The notes beneath the pieces were generated by a model. The model saw only the letters and a list, made by a program, of their open reading frames with translations. It was not told where the DNA came from and made no database searches. DNA of 64,000 nucleotides from a virus: the IMG/VR virus record IMGVR_UViG_3300039183_000005, positions 64,001-128,000 of that record; one strand, written 5' to 3'. The position numbers and the translations under genes were made by a program. Of the stretch, positions 38,637 to 48,773 are shown piece by piece. Each line of letters starts with the position of its first letter. Position 1 is the first letter of the stretch.

Positions 38637-39326
38637 TCAATCCCCGGAAGTTTGTTCTTGTCTCATTCTTTTCAGCTCATAATTTATATCTATATTAGAT
38701 AGTTTATTATGTGATGCTTGTTTCCATTCCTCAATTCTTGGAGTCACATCATCTAAATCTGTTCTTCCAATGATAGTAAAATGTAGAATACATGCCGCAT
38801 TAAAAAAGATTGCACTAAGATGGTCTTCGTCTGTCATATCGTTCATAACAGCAAATATATGTCTCATCAAACTAGCATGAAAAACGCTTAATGGCATTCC
38901 CTTGGACCAATTCCATGGGTCATATTTTTTGGCACCACCACCATAATGATTGGCAAGACGTAAATATGTCTTTGGTGAAATTAAATGTAAACCACCGTAT
39001 GAATTATCTGGTATTTTCAAAAAACGATCTGTTTCCTGGTTTCTGATAGCTTCTAGGACAATCCATATCAGTTCTAATAAAAGATCGTTATTGACTGTTT
39101 CTCCCCATGATAATCCTAAATTCCACATGATTAATTTCAAATCATTACTAATAGATTCTGGTAAATCTCTAATCATCTTTTTGCGCGGATAAAAATCAAT
39201 TACTTTACGAATCACTGTCATTGGTATCAGATCAAATCGTGGTTTATCGTGATCAACATCCCTTTTGGCTCCGGTATCAAAATCACGTCTTTCACCAGAG
39301 TCCTTAATATCAAATCGATTCGACAT
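38637..39326 (-). CDS. dATP/dGTP diphosphohydrolase domain protein (DUF5664-like)
   Basis: FDTGAKRD, KPRFDLIP, GAKKYDPWNWSKG, SLMRH, EDHLSA. Start MSNRF. Confidence 0.8.
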   Translation of the reverse strand: MSNRFDIKDSGERRDFDTGAKRDVDHDKPRFDLIPMTVIRKVIDFYPRKKMIRDLPESISNDLKLIMWNLGLSWGETVNNDLLLELIWIVLEAIRNQETDRFLKIPDNSYGGLHLISPKTYLRLANHYGGGAKKYDPWNWSKGMPLSVFHASLMRHIFAVMNDMTDEDHLSAIFFNAACILHFTIIGRTDLDDVTPRIEEWKQASHNKLSNIDINYELKRMRQEQTSGD

Positions 39327-40482
39327 TTTCCATCTCCATCCTATAACTATCCGACAATATTTTTGACTTAGATGTTTGCTGCAAAATAGGACCAATTTTT
39401 TCTGCTATATCGTCTGGCAACATTTCCCCAATATCTTTTACATCATCTGGTGTAATACAAAATACTCTAAAATAATGCGTCAAATCTTGTTCTAATTTCA
39501 CCATAGCCCTTTTGCCAGCTTCATCATTATCAACCGTACAGATAATGGTTAAAGCTCCAGTATTTTGCAACATTAACCGTTGTTGTCGCGACATATTCAG
39601 ACCCAATAAAGCTACACTATTTCGTATACCAGCCATTTCGTAAGCCCACACATCTCCTGGACCTTCACACAAAATTGCTGTACCAGTTTTGCTAATGAAC
39701 GGCTTGGCATACCAAATATTATAAAGGCATGATTCGCCGTGAAAATCTTTGGAGTGTTTCCATTTCGTATATAATCCACTATATTGTGAGTCTGGACACG
39801 ACAATCGTTCTGGGTGATGATGCATTCCGCACTTGGGACATTTATCGTAAATACTTCTACCAGACCAACCCACTACATACCTTCCAGTAATATCTAATAT
39901 CGGGAAAAACGCTCGTTTATACATTGATTTATTTTTGGTGTTGCAAAATGATATATGATACTTAGCAATTATTTCAGGTGATACTCCACGGTTTGGATAA
40001 TATACTTGATCTGGTTTTAATTGAGAAACAACTGTTGCTAGCGGTATCCCTTTTTTTCGTGTTGCTATTTGTCGTTTTTTATGTTGCTTAATAATTTTGG
40101 CTATTTCCACATCTTGGGCAGTTGTAGCATTTTGGTTAAACTCACTTAATCCAAGCGTTTGAGCTACGAAATTAACGGCTTGCTGAAAACTCCATTGCTT
40201 TTCTGTCTTGCGACTCATGGCACCACGAACTAAACCGAATACACTATTTGACGGACCAGTAACAGGGTCGCGATGACATCCCCTAGTTTTACATTGCCAA
40301 TGATTGGATTTAATAGCCCAAAAAACAGCACGGCAATTATCGCCACCATGAACTGGACATGCCATTTGTAAATAGTCGTGTCGTTCCGTGTACTCTATTC
40401 CCATCGAGTCTAAAACTTCGGCTATTCGCTCACAAGCACGATCCTGAATAAAAGATACATCCGAAGACCTAAACCTTTTCAT
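39310..40482 (-). CDS. dnaG: DNA primase (CHC2 Zn finger + TOPRIM)
   Basis: CPVHGGDN, GWSGR, LCEGPGD, DNDEAG. Confidence 0.9.
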   Translation of the reverse strand: MKRFRSSDVSFIQDRACERIAEVLDSMGIEYTERHDYLQMACPVHGGDNCRAVFWAIKSNHWQCKTRGCHRDPVTGPSNSVFGLVRGAMSRKTEKQWSFQQAVNFVAQTLGLSEFNQNATTAQDVEIAKIIKQHKKRQIATRKKGIPLATVVSQLKPDQVYYPNRGVSPEIIAKYHISFCNTKNKSMYKRAFFPILDITGRYVVGWSGRSIYDKCPKCGMHHHPERLSCPDSQYSGLYTKWKHSKDFHGESCLYNIWYAKPFISKTGTAILCEGPGDVWAYEMAGIRNSVALLGLNMSRQQRLMLQNTGALTIICTVDNDEAGKRAMVKLEQDLTHYFRVFCITPDDVKDIGEMLPDDIAEKIGPILQQTSKSKILSDSYRMEMENVESI

Positions 40483-41911
40483 TAACCTTATTCTCCAAGA
40501 TGGATTGTGCAATTACAGAAAATGATTTGCCTTCAGATAATTTTCCAATTTCAAGTTTGTCTATAATGTTGATATATTCTCCACTTTCCATACCAGCGCC
40601 AAATCGTGTATCTGTCACTACAAGTTTTTTGGTTCCATTCGATGGTGGGTCTTCATTTAATTCTGTTTGGCTTTTTTTCTTTAAAATTGTAAAATTAGAA
40701 CATAGCCATCCAATTCTATCTGATCCAGAAACTACCTCAGCACCTTCTTTTGCTACGCCATCACGATTCAATTGAACCGTAGCAAGAACTGGAAGTTTAA
40801 ATTTTGTAGCAAAATTATGTAAAGCTGTTATTAAAAAACCCAGCAATTGATATTCTTGTAAATTATTTTTAAACCCACTAGCATCCATTAGTTTCAAATA
40901 ATCATAGATAATCAAACATGGTTTTGCTGCGCCACTATTAGTAAATCCAACGGTTTTAGACAACCATCTTCTGGCTATGGACATGATAGAATGTGGAGCC
41001 AAACCCGCTACTGAGAAATGATCTATGGATAAACTTTCTATATGTTTTTGGCATCCCCATATGGCTTCTGATTCATGTTCGTTGTGTTTAAATTGACCAG
41101 TTTCTACATGATGTAAATCCACACCAGAAACCAAGGAAGACAATCTATGCAATTGTGTGTCACTGGTAAGCTCTGTATCCAAATATAATACGGGTATTCC
41201 ATTTTCTGCCATATTACGGGCCACATTAATGCAAAAAAACGACTTCCCAGCCTTTTGCCTCGCGCCAACCACATTAACTGTAGCTGGCCTAAAACCCCCA
41301 CCTATTGCAATATCCCATGCAGGAAATCCAGTTGGTAAACCAATAATATCTTTTGGTGTTTCAGATAGAGCCGTCATCACATTACCGAATTTTTTGCCAA
41401 GAGATATAATAGCTGCATCTTGATTCATTATTTGACCAGTGAATTCAAATACCGGTTCTTCTATTTGAGCGATAATATCATCTATATTTTCTACACCAGT
41501 TATTTTTTTTAAATTAGATTGAATTGTTGCCGCAGCTAAATATCCACGTCTGGCTAGAGAAAGTTTGTATACTGCTACAACTAATGATCGGATATTATCT
41601 TTATATGATCCGACTTCTTCAACTATAGCATCTAAGTATTCCGAATATTTACCATCATTGGCAAAATTATCATATCCCAAAATTTTTGCCGCAGCCCGAA
41701 TACTTGGAACATCAAAAGTTTTAGTATCTTCTTCATGAACCAAATAAGAAATAATGCTAAATAATTCCTGATTATATTTCCAATAAAAATCTTTAACACC
41801 TATTATGTCTTCGACTTCGAAGAAGCAGTCAGCACCATACGTAGTAATACCAGCGAGTATCGCTCGTTCCATGCCTGAATCTTGCAATATGGCGTTGGAT
41901 TTATTTCCCAT
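40469..41911 (-). CDS. dnaB: Replicative DNA helicase
   Basis: GLPTGF, GARQKAGKS, LDTE, IYDYLKL, QLNR. Confidence 0.92.
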   Translation of the reverse strand: MGNKSNAILQDSGMERAILAGITTYGADCFFEVEDIIGVKDFYWKYNQELFSIISYLVHEEDTKTFDVPSIRAAAKILGYDNFANDGKYSEYLDAIVEEVGSYKDNIRSLVVAVYKLSLARRGYLAAATIQSNLKKITGVENIDDIIAQIEEPVFEFTGQIMNQDAAIISLGKKFGNVMTALSETPKDIIGLPTGFPAWDIAIGGGFRPATVNVVGARQKAGKSFFCINVARNMAENGIPVLYLDTELTSDTQLHRLSSLVSGVDLHHVETGQFKHNEHESEAIWGCQKHIESLSIDHFSVAGLAPHSIMSIARRWLSKTVGFTNSGAAKPCLIIYDYLKLMDASGFKNNLQEYQLLGFLITALHNFATKFKLPVLATVQLNRDGVAKEGAEVVSGSDRIGWLCSNFTILKKKSQTELNEDPPSNGTKKLVVTDTRFGAGMESGEYINIIDKLEIGKLSEGKSFSVIAQSILENKVNEKV

Positions 41912-42513
41912 TAACCTAATTTACTTCTTTTACCACGAAGACATTTTGAACACTTTTGACCCATTTCACCATCTGGTCTGTCGGATTCAAATATTTCTTC
42001 ACACTCATTACATTTAACCTTATAGGTTTCCATCGACCTTCGTTTGAGTTTCAATTTATTTTTCTTGGCTTTTTCTGCTTTAATTTTATTGTGTTCTACC
42101 TCTTCTGAACTTGGATTGTTTGTAATAAACCTAACACCATCGGTTTTCTTTTGTATTACTGTCTTTTTATTATCATCAAGTTGAAGAGTTGAATCGTTTG
42201 CGTCTAAAATAATTTCCTTCTTTATTTTTTTCTTCCCACTCGTTTTGGGCCGACCGCGTTTTTTTCTTTTTGGTTGTTTAGGTTCTACAATTATTGAGTG
42301 TACAATGGTTTCTTCTGTCGGTAAAGCTTCAGAAGCTATATTAACAATTTGCTGTAAAACATTATGTAACTGCTGTGTTTGATTAGATTGCTCAGAGTAT
42401 AACTGTTCTGCCGGTAACGACAAAGCTATCCCGGTTAATCGTTCATAACCTTTACAAACAGTTTCCCAATTACCTTGACGTATACCTTCTGCAATATATT
42501 CAATTGGACTCAT
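41911..42513 (-). CDS. Hypothetical protein with C-terminal Zn ribbon
   Basis: CNEC...CSKC, Lys-rich. Confidence 0.55.
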   Translation of the reverse strand: MSPIEYIAEGIRQGNWETVCKGYERLTGIALSLPAEQLYSEQSNQTQQLHNVLQQIVNIASEALPTEETIVHSIIVEPKQPKRKKRGRPKTSGKKKIKKEIILDANDSTLQLDDNKKTVIQKKTDGVRFITNNPSSEEVEHNKIKAEKAKKNKLKLKRRSMETYKVKCNECEEIFESDRPDGEMGQKCSKCLRGKRSKLG

Positions 42514-42929
42514 CGATTGTTTCCTTCATTATATCTGGCCCTTATTAGACTGCCAATACTTTGTCCTATCAGTTCTATCCTACGAGCTAAATATGCTATA
42601 CGTTCTATCCTTAATTCCGCCAATCGCACCCATTGATTTAATTTTGGACGATCATCTCCGAACAGGCGATTTATCACTTGATTCGACCATTTTATAAATG
42701 TCTGACATTCATTGGCTTTTTGTTGTATAAACAACGCATATTGTGCTAAAATAACTGTATCTTCTGATAATTGTATAGACGATCGTTCTCTAAGTTTTTC
42801 TCTCGTAAATTCTAAAATAGTTTCTACTTCTGTGCTGGATGGCCGATATTGTGGCAATCCCAGAGATTTAATCCATTCATCAATTTGATCTCGATATTTT
42901 TTTTTCTCATCGATTAAACTACTCATCAT
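42510..42929 (-). CDS. Hypothetical helical protein
   Basis: 139 aa, coupled within the replication operon. Confidence 0.5.
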   Translation of the reverse strand: MMSSLIDEKKKYRDQIDEWIKSLGLPQYRPSSTEVETILEFTREKLRERSSIQLSEDTVILAQYALFIQQKANECQTFIKWSNQVINRLFGDDRPKLNQWVRLAELRIERIAYLARRIELIGQSIGSLIRARYNEGNNR

Positions 42930-43278
42930 AAATCTCTATAAGTTTAAATCCATTAAGATTACACCAGTCACGTTTTTTTTGATCAATATCTTGTTGGCGA
43001 TGAAAATCTTGTTTGGTTGCATGAAAATGTTTAATATGTTTAGTGTGTTGTCTACCATGACATTCTATTATCAAATTAATGGATGGTATAAAAAAATCAA
43101 GAATAAAATTATCTCCAGGAATTATTACCTCTTCGTAAATCATATCATGAGGATATTGAGACATTAATTGTTGGCCAATATTATGTTGAAATTTTGATTT
43201 TGATTTTTCTCTTGTGCGAATAAGCTTATTTTTCAAACGTAATCTGACTGTTCCCCCGTTTAATAATTTTACTTCCAT
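42919..43278 (-). CDS. DUF559/Vsr-like endonuclease
   Basis: SKFQ...LDFFIP...IECHGRQH...DQKKRDWC. Confidence 0.7.
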   Translation of the reverse strand: MEVKLLNGGTVRLRLKNKLIRTREKSKSKFQHNIGQQLMSQYPHDMIYEEVIIPGDNFILDFFIPSINLIIECHGRQHTKHIKHFHATKQDFHRQQDIDQKKRDWCNLNGFKLIEIYDE

Positions 43279-43280
43279 AG

Positions 43281-43835
43281 TTACACTGCGATATCTTTAT
43301 CATTAAATTTAGTCATCAAACCTATCATACCATTATACAAAACACATTCTATCCCGGCTTCATACATCATTTTCCATGCATATCTTATTGATTCTACCCA
43401 AGTATTATGCGATGATGCTATAGCCATAAGTTGAGCATGGCCCACCACTCGTCTAATTCCAGCTTCTATAATAGCTTTAGCGCATTCCGAACACGCATAA
43501 AATGGGCAATACAAAATGGCATTATTGGTCGATTTGCCATGGCGAGCCGCGTTGAATATAGCGCCATTTTCTGCATGTATTATCGTTTGTAATTTTATTG
43601 ATCTATTATCGAGACGAGATATTGTTTCTTTTACGCCGATAGGAAATTTGTTTGTTGAATATGTAATAATTTTATTATTTGATCCTACTAATATTGCTCC
43701 ATTTTTTGTTCTTGGATCAGGACTCATAGCATTACCGTGTGTATATGCAAGACGCAAAAAGTGTCCATCATCGCTCCTAGTGCTAACAGCGAATGGTGTC
43801 TGTAACCAGTTGAGTTGTTCCATGAGATTGTCCAT
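43281..43835 (-). CDS. dCMP deaminase
   Basis: SPDPRTKNGA, HAENGAI, CSECAKAIIEAGI. Confidence 0.9.
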   Translation of the reverse strand: MDNLMEQLNWLQTPFAVSTRSDDGHFLRLAYTHGNAMSPDPRTKNGAILVGSNNKIITYSTNKFPIGVKETISRLDNRSIKLQTIIHAENGAIFNAARHGKSTNNAILYCPFYACSECAKAIIEAGIRRVVGHAQLMAIASSHNTWVESIRYAWKMMYEAGIECVLYNGMIGLMTKFNDKDIAV

Positions 43836-43848
43836 TTTATTTTCCTTA

Positions 43849-44892
43849 TTATTGTGAAAATATTGTATTTCTTATTTCTGTCTCTATTATTTTTAGTTCA
43901 TTGTGTTTACTTTCTTTTAGAAAATTAGAAAGTTTAGCTAATCCGTGAAACTTAGGACAACTTTTCCCATTGTCAGACGCAAGCATAGGAATAGAATACC
44001 ATGCACCGGCTTTTTCAATTAATCCAAGATTTTCTGCTACCGTTATAACATCTCTTATAACATCGATACCGCTACCATATCTGAGGGGTAATATACATGG
44101 TAAGAATGGTCGTCCTAACGCGGATGATTGAATTGTAATATGCATATCATGACCGTCTGGAGCATTAGTTTCTTCATTCCGCTCCCATTGTTGTGCCCAT
44201 GTCACTTTTAGCCAAACAGAACATGCATATTGAATAGCAACTCCACCCTTTTCTATATATTTTGGACCACGAGGTTCTCTATTTGTCATCATCTGTGATA
44301 TAAAAATAAGTATTATATTATTTGCATCTACGATCTGTTGTGCTCGACGAAAAAATGCTGATAGTAATTTCGCTGGTCCAGCCATATCTTTATTTGATCC
44401 GATTTGTTCTTCTTGTTCTGTCATCGTTGAAAGTGCAGCAAGACTATCAACAACTATAACAGCTTTTTTTTGAGTTTTCACAATGCGCTCTATAATATTA
44501 AGATAATCTTCTGCTGTAAGTGGTTTATCTATCTGATGTGGAACTACCTGCAATTTATGCTGATTAAGTCCCTGAATAGTTGACAACAGTGATGGTGTAC
44601 ATCTCTTTTCAGCATTAATATAAAATGTTGGACGATTGAGAATTTGTGCATTTCTAAGCAACTCTAAACAAAGAGTAGTTTTGCCGATTTTTTGTTTACC
44701 GGTGATAAGACATATAGTTCCATCGGGAATACCGCCGTTTAATGCAATATCCAAAGAAAGCGGAGTATTTAAAACCTCTTTAGTTCTTGGTGGCATGGCC
44801 TTATCTGCCGTTGCAATAATACCTTCTCCATACATTCTCTTTAGAAAATCATCAAGAGATTCCTCGATAACTTTAGATTTACCTTTAGCCAT
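43849..44892 (-). CDS. recA: RecA/UvsX-like recombinase
   Basis: LDIALNGGIP, GKQKIGKTT, VVDSLAAL, IFISQ, GGVAIQY, KAGAWY. Confidence 0.92.
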   Translation of the reverse strand: MAKGKSKVIEESLDDFLKRMYGEGIIATADKAMPPRTKEVLNTPLSLDIALNGGIPDGTICLITGKQKIGKTTLCLELLRNAQILNRPTFYINAEKRCTPSLLSTIQGLNQHKLQVVPHQIDKPLTAEDYLNIIERIVKTQKKAVIVVDSLAALSTMTEQEEQIGSNKDMAGPAKLLSAFFRRAQQIVDANNIILIFISQMMTNREPRGPKYIEKGGVAIQYACSVWLKVTWAQQWERNEETNAPDGHDMHITIQSSALGRPFLPCILPLRYGSGIDVIRDVITVAENLGLIEKAGAWYSIPMLASDNGKSCPKFHGLAKLSNFLKESKHNELKIIETEIRNTIFSQ

Positions 44893-45355
44893 TTTCCGCT
44901 TCTCTCAATTTTGTTAACACATTTTTTTCACCAGTATCTACGAAAGTGGCATTTTTCTTTTGATCAATTTCTTTATGTGGTGATTTTTGAGCCAATGTCG
45001 TTCGTTGTTCGTTTAATTGTCCTATCCTAATATTTGTAAGTCTAATAACTTTGTTTATTGTTTTTTTGGAAACAAGTGCTTTTATGTTATATTCTTTTAT
45101 AATTTGAATTAATGCTGTTCTAGTAATAATATCAGTAAAATCTAATGATTTATTAAGATTCGATATTCCACGTATTTCTCGCTTATATTTAGGTGCCCAA
45201 TATTTTTTGTCTGACCAAAATCTAGCGCTAATTCTTGGGTTTGTATTGAGACATACCAATTCTATGATATAATTGCGAAATGTAACGTATAACCCAGGTG
45301 TAGTTGGGGAAGCATATTGATGTTTATCGTCTTTAGATTGATTTCGTACTGCCAC
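44885..45355 (-). CDS. Hypothetical protein
   Basis: 156 aa, operon-coupled. Confidence 0.55.
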   Translation of the reverse strand: MAVRNQSKDDKHQYASPTTPGLYVTFRNYIIELVCLNTNPRISARFWSDKKYWAPKYKREIRGISNLNKSLDFTDIITRTALIQIIKEYNIKALVSKKTINKVIRLTNIRIGQLNEQRTTLAQKSPHKEIDQKKNATFVDTGEKNVLTKLREAENG

Positions 45356-45780
45356 TAAAGATTCCGTATTAAAAAGAAGCCTGAATTAGAAACTGTACGA
45401 TCTTCGGTAAACGAATGATCAAAGCTAGGCTGTCGATACCAAGCGACATTAACCTTTTGCCCATCATAATAACCTATGCCTAAATATTCGTGCTGTGCGC
45501 CATTCCAGATAGCATATCTTTTTCGACCAAAAAAATACCCCTTTTGATTAGGTGGCATTGTAATGTTTACACCGTTAGGTGCCTGAAGTCTCAGTTCTGT
45601 AATAGCAATACTCGGATTATCTTTTATCCATTCGGCGAGTCTCGCCCAAGCGTGCCTTTGGTTTGGACGATTATCCTGAATTACTGTCCGACCATTTGAC
45701 AAAGAGGCTAAAAATCGTATCTTAGGTGTATAAGGTACGACAGCAAATGATAACTTATTGTCATTTATAGTATTATCCAT
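45355..45780 (-). CDS. Hypothetical protein
   Basis: Start MDNTI preferred; operon-coupled. Confidence 0.5.
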   Translation of the reverse strand: MDNTINDNKLSFAVVPYTPKIRFLASLSNGRTVIQDNRPNQRHAWARLAEWIKDNPSIAITELRLQAPNGVNITMPPNQKGYFFGRKRYAIWNGAQHEYLGIGYYDGQKVNVAWYRQPSFDHSFTEDRTVSNSGFFLIRNL

Positions 45781-46105
45781 CTTTGTTTTGTCCATATGGT
45801 GAACGACCCAATTGTTCATCTGCCCTTGCTGATTCTGGAGATGTCATGGCGTGAACACCTTTGCCAATATTTAACCCCTTACGACCGTCTGGTGGCTTAA
45901 TACACATGACACTATCACTCATAGGATTAGATTTCGACGGACCTTTTGAATCCTTTTCTGTGGTTGCACTGGAGACAAAAGTCTCAAATTTGGCCACTGC
46001 TTTGTCAATAAAAGCCTGTCTTGTCTTTGCCGTCTTGCGGCCAAGATTTACGGTCGAATTTTCCAAAAATTTTAAAAAATCTTCTTTAAATTCATCGAAT
46101 GTCAT
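45773..46105 (-). CDS. Hypothetical protein
   Basis: 110 aa, SD AGGAG. Confidence 0.55.
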   Translation of the reverse strand: MTFDEFKEDFLKFLENSTVNLGRKTAKTRQAFIDKAVAKFETFVSSATTEKDSKGPSKSNPMSDSVMCIKPPDGRKGLNIGKGVHAMTSPESARADEQLGRSPYGQNKDG

Positions 46106-46403
46106 TTCTAAATCTCCTTTGTGCTAAGATATATGGGGTTCTATTCCGACTTCTCAAAAATGCCGTATACTGTTGATAACACTCATGGCTACATGTCCTA
46201 AGCTTCCAAAACATTCCACCACGTTCCCTATCTCGTTTATGTAAATTACTATTTGTTTCTAGCGGATCAAATAGGTCTCCATCATTAGAAGCTAAAACTA
46301 AAAATCTAGTCCCAGATCGCTTAGCCAAAATATCAAAATTTTGTTTCGCATTTTTTGCAATCTCATGTGGTGTACCATTGATGTCAACAACAATTATTTT
46401 CAC
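46092..46403 (-). CDS. Hypothetical protein
   Basis: 103 aa, operon-coupled. Confidence 0.55.
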   Translation of the reverse strand: MKIIVVDINGTPHEIAKNAKQNFDILAKRSGTRFLVLASNDGDLFDPLETNSNLHKRDRERGGMFWKLRTCSHECYQQYTAFLRSRNRTPYILAQRRFRNDIR

Positions 46404-46726
46404 TTATTCCACGCCTTAAATAAAACATCTGCTTCTGGAGCATCAATATCATTATCTAGGATATCAAATCCCATTTGATCACTAGGCGCACCTGGATGAA
46501 ATTGTCCAGGAATTTGTTTTACATATGAAAAGCCATTACATTCACAGCACTTTACTGCCACACGTGTTAAGACTTCCGTTTTATTACTCCCGTCAACGGT
46601 GGTTAACTGAAGTACTAAAAGTCTTTTCCCACAGTCGGCACAATCAAAATCAATTAAACCTCTACTTTGTAATCCTTTAAGTTGCTTATCATCTCCGTTA
46701 ACTTGATTTGTTCGAATCTCTGCCAT
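46400..46726 (-). CDS. Zn-ribbon hypothetical protein
   Basis: CADC...CCEC. Confidence 0.55.
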   Translation of the reverse strand: MAEIRTNQVNGDDKQLKGLQSRGLIDFDCADCGKRLLVLQLTTVDGSNKTEVLTRVAVKCCECNGFSYVKQIPGQFHPGAPSDQMGFDILDNDIDAPEADVLFKAWNK

Positions 46727-47040
46727 TAATCTATTTCTCCATATTCTATATATTTTTTCGGATTTTTCAGCACACTCTTATTTATTGGTCCATCTCGCCA
46801 AAATGGTTTTTCATTCTTGTTTTTCCCCTCGCTTAGTCTATCGAGTTTCTTTTTATTACTTCTACCTCCGTGACACGGTGTCTCGGTCCCTTTAATAATT
46901 ACAGCACCACCAATACCTATTAATTTTATTAATTCATGTCTATGACAATCTGGACATTCAATCAATGGTTCGGCGGACATAGCGTGAAATGTCTCAAACG
47001 TGTAACCGCAAGCTTTACATTCGTACTCATAGGTTGGCAT
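46726..47040 (-). CDS. FmdB family zinc-ribbon protein
   Basis: MPTYEYECKACG...CPDC. Confidence 0.85.
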   Translation of the reverse strand: MPTYEYECKACGYTFETFHAMSAEPLIECPDCHRHELIKLIGIGGAVIIKGTETPCHGGRSNKKKLDRLSEGKNKNEKPFWRDGPINKSVLKNPKKYIEYGEID

Positions 47041-47045
47041 GTATT

Positions 47046-47077
47046 ATTATACCTCCAAATAACTATTTTGTTTCATA
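47046..47077 (-). promoter_or_regulatory. Putative phage promoter TATGAAAC-N18-TATAAT
   Basis: Conserved motif and spacing; TATAAT ends 5 nt before ATG 47040. Confidence 0.65.
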
Positions 47078-47124
47078 AAAATCTTTTTTTTATAAAAATA
47101 GCATGACACACAAGGTATGGATTG

Positions 47125-47547
47125 TCATCGTCGTTTTTTTGAACATTTTCCACTTTTTCTATTAAATACTTCGTTTACTAAAGCATCTGCGCATTTGTTT
47201 TCTCGTCGTGGAACCCATTTGATTGTGTGGTCTTCGAATTGTTCTAACAGTTCTAGCACACAATCTCTGTGTTTTATAAGTTCTGGTTTATTGGTTTTAA
47301 AAGCCATGGTAACTTGTTTTATTACCAATTGACTATCGCCAATAATATGAACGATATCTACTCCAGCTTTTAAACATCCTCGTAGGCCAGCAATAAGGGC
47401 TCTGTATTCGCTAACATTTGATGATCCAGTCCCACATGTTTTATTCCCCGATGCTATAACTTCTCGATCATCTATTGACGTTAAAATCCAGCCATATACC
47501 ATTTGCCCTCGCCTAACACCTCCGTCAAAATGTAAAATACATTCCAA
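47125..47547 (-). CDS. rnhA: Ribonuclease HI (archaeal/actinobacterial type)
   Basis: HFDGG, NVSEYRAL, GDSQLV, WVPRRENKCADAL. Confidence 0.9.
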   Translation of the reverse strand: MECILHFDGGVRRGQMVYGWILTSIDDREVIASGNKTCGTGSSNVSEYRALIAGLRGCLKAGVDIVHIIGDSQLVIKQVTMAFKTNKPELIKHRDCVLELLEQFEDHTIKWVPRRENKCADALVNEVFNRKSGKCSKKRR

Positions 47548-47560
47548 TACAATTTACCTT

Positions 47561-47701
47561 TCATTTGAGTAATTTACTTGATGCTATTGTTTCATTTCCG
47601 CAATCACATTTACAAAGCCATAGAATTCTTTTATCTTTGTTCTTTCCATGTGCCTTGATAGCAGTCAACCTGCCAAACTTTTTTTCTGTTAAATCTATCA
47701 A
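47561..47701 (-). pseudogene. Truncated HNH homing endonuclease remnant (46 aa)
   Basis: Own translation MIDLTEKKFGRLTAIKAHGKNKDKRILWLCKCDCGNETIASSKLLK* matches the N-termini of 13802..14428 and 61059..61706; no nuclease domain. Confidence 0.8.
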
Positions 47702-48651
47702 AACGGAGTCTCCCCATCTTCAACTTCAGTTTTCGCGCCACTACACATATCTTTGAAGAAACATCTTTCACATGCATGTTCGTTATCTGTTTTGGAAAAA
47801 TAATCCGGATTATCTTTGTTTTCAAATGCTTCTTTAAGGAGTGGATATTCACTACGTATGATACCAGCTTGTCTTTTTATGTGTTGCATGGTTACATTAA
47901 GGTGTGGTGCCGCCCGTTCCCCAAGCTCTGCATATGCGGCTAGATATACTGGAATGATTATAATATCTTCTGGCTTTTTCGCCCATCCTTGTTTGAGTGC
48001 ATACATACTATATGTCGTTAATTGATCTATTGCACTATCGCTGACACGACCGGTTTTCCAATCTAAAAGATATACTTTTCCACGATACCGAAATCCACAG
48101 TCAATTTTTACACTTACTTCTTCACCTGTGTTTAATTGGAATTTTTGGAAGTCCTCAAGAGTCAGCCAATCATCCTTATCTAGACTCTGTAAAATTTCGA
48201 ACAACGGTATATTATAGAACGCTTTTATGGACGCCAGAACTTTATGTTTGTAGCTATCTAGGCGGTCTTTGGAAATTTCTTCTTGATAGAAATGTTCTGC
48301 TAGGTTAACATTTTGCTTTGGACTACTATGCCATCTCTTATCTTTTGACTGCTTCCAACCTTTACGAAGTGCTTGGATACCATCGTGTTGTGCTTGCTCA
48401 AGCGTTCTCCATTTTCCCGTTTGACGACCAGTTGTAATGATGCCTTCAATAATATTGTGAACTACGGAGCCGACGAACATTGGAAGATTGGTCATGTTTT
48501 TTAGCATATATGCTCGACGTTTTTCTTGCGGTGCGTTAGTTAACCACCCATTCCACGCAACGTGATACGTTAGATGATATCTCCATAAACATTCGCGGAG
48601 ACATCTCACTCTTGATTCACTCCATGCATATGTTTGTTCTATTTTACTCAT
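47698..48651 (-). CDS. PD-(D/E)XK nuclease, Cas4/RecB-like
   Basis: WSESR...EC, GSVVH, KID, LLDWKTG, QL..Y, CERCFFKDMC. Confidence 0.85.
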   Translation of the reverse strand: MSKIEQTYAWSESRVRCLRECLWRYHLTYHVAWNGWLTNAPQEKRRAYMLKNMTNLPMFVGSVVHNIIEGIITTGRQTGKWRTLEQAQHDGIQALRKGWKQSKDKRWHSSPKQNVNLAEHFYQEEISKDRLDSYKHKVLASIKAFYNIPLFEILQSLDKDDWLTLEDFQKFQLNTGEEVSVKIDCGFRYRGKVYLLDWKTGRVSDSAIDQLTTYSMYALKQGWAKKPEDIIIIPVYLAAYAELGERAAPHLNVTMQHIKRQAGIIRSEYPLLKEAFENKDNPDYFSKTDNEHACERCFFKDMCSGAKTEVEDGETPF

Positions 48652-48773
48652 TATCTTAACTTTCTATCGACAATATTTGCATTTAACAGTTCTATTCTCT
48701 CCACAAGTGGCCTGAGCACAACTAGCTTCATCGTCTACTATTCGCATAGATCACATTTACAAATTTTCATTTT

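Noticed and set aside
45725-45733. GGTGTATAA copy on the + strand
   Set aside because: Intragenic and antisense to the local genes; treated as a chance match.
48651-48770. Short Cys-containing reading frames between the HNH and nuclease genes
   Set aside because: Frames of 10-30 codons interrupted by stops, with no recognisable motif.
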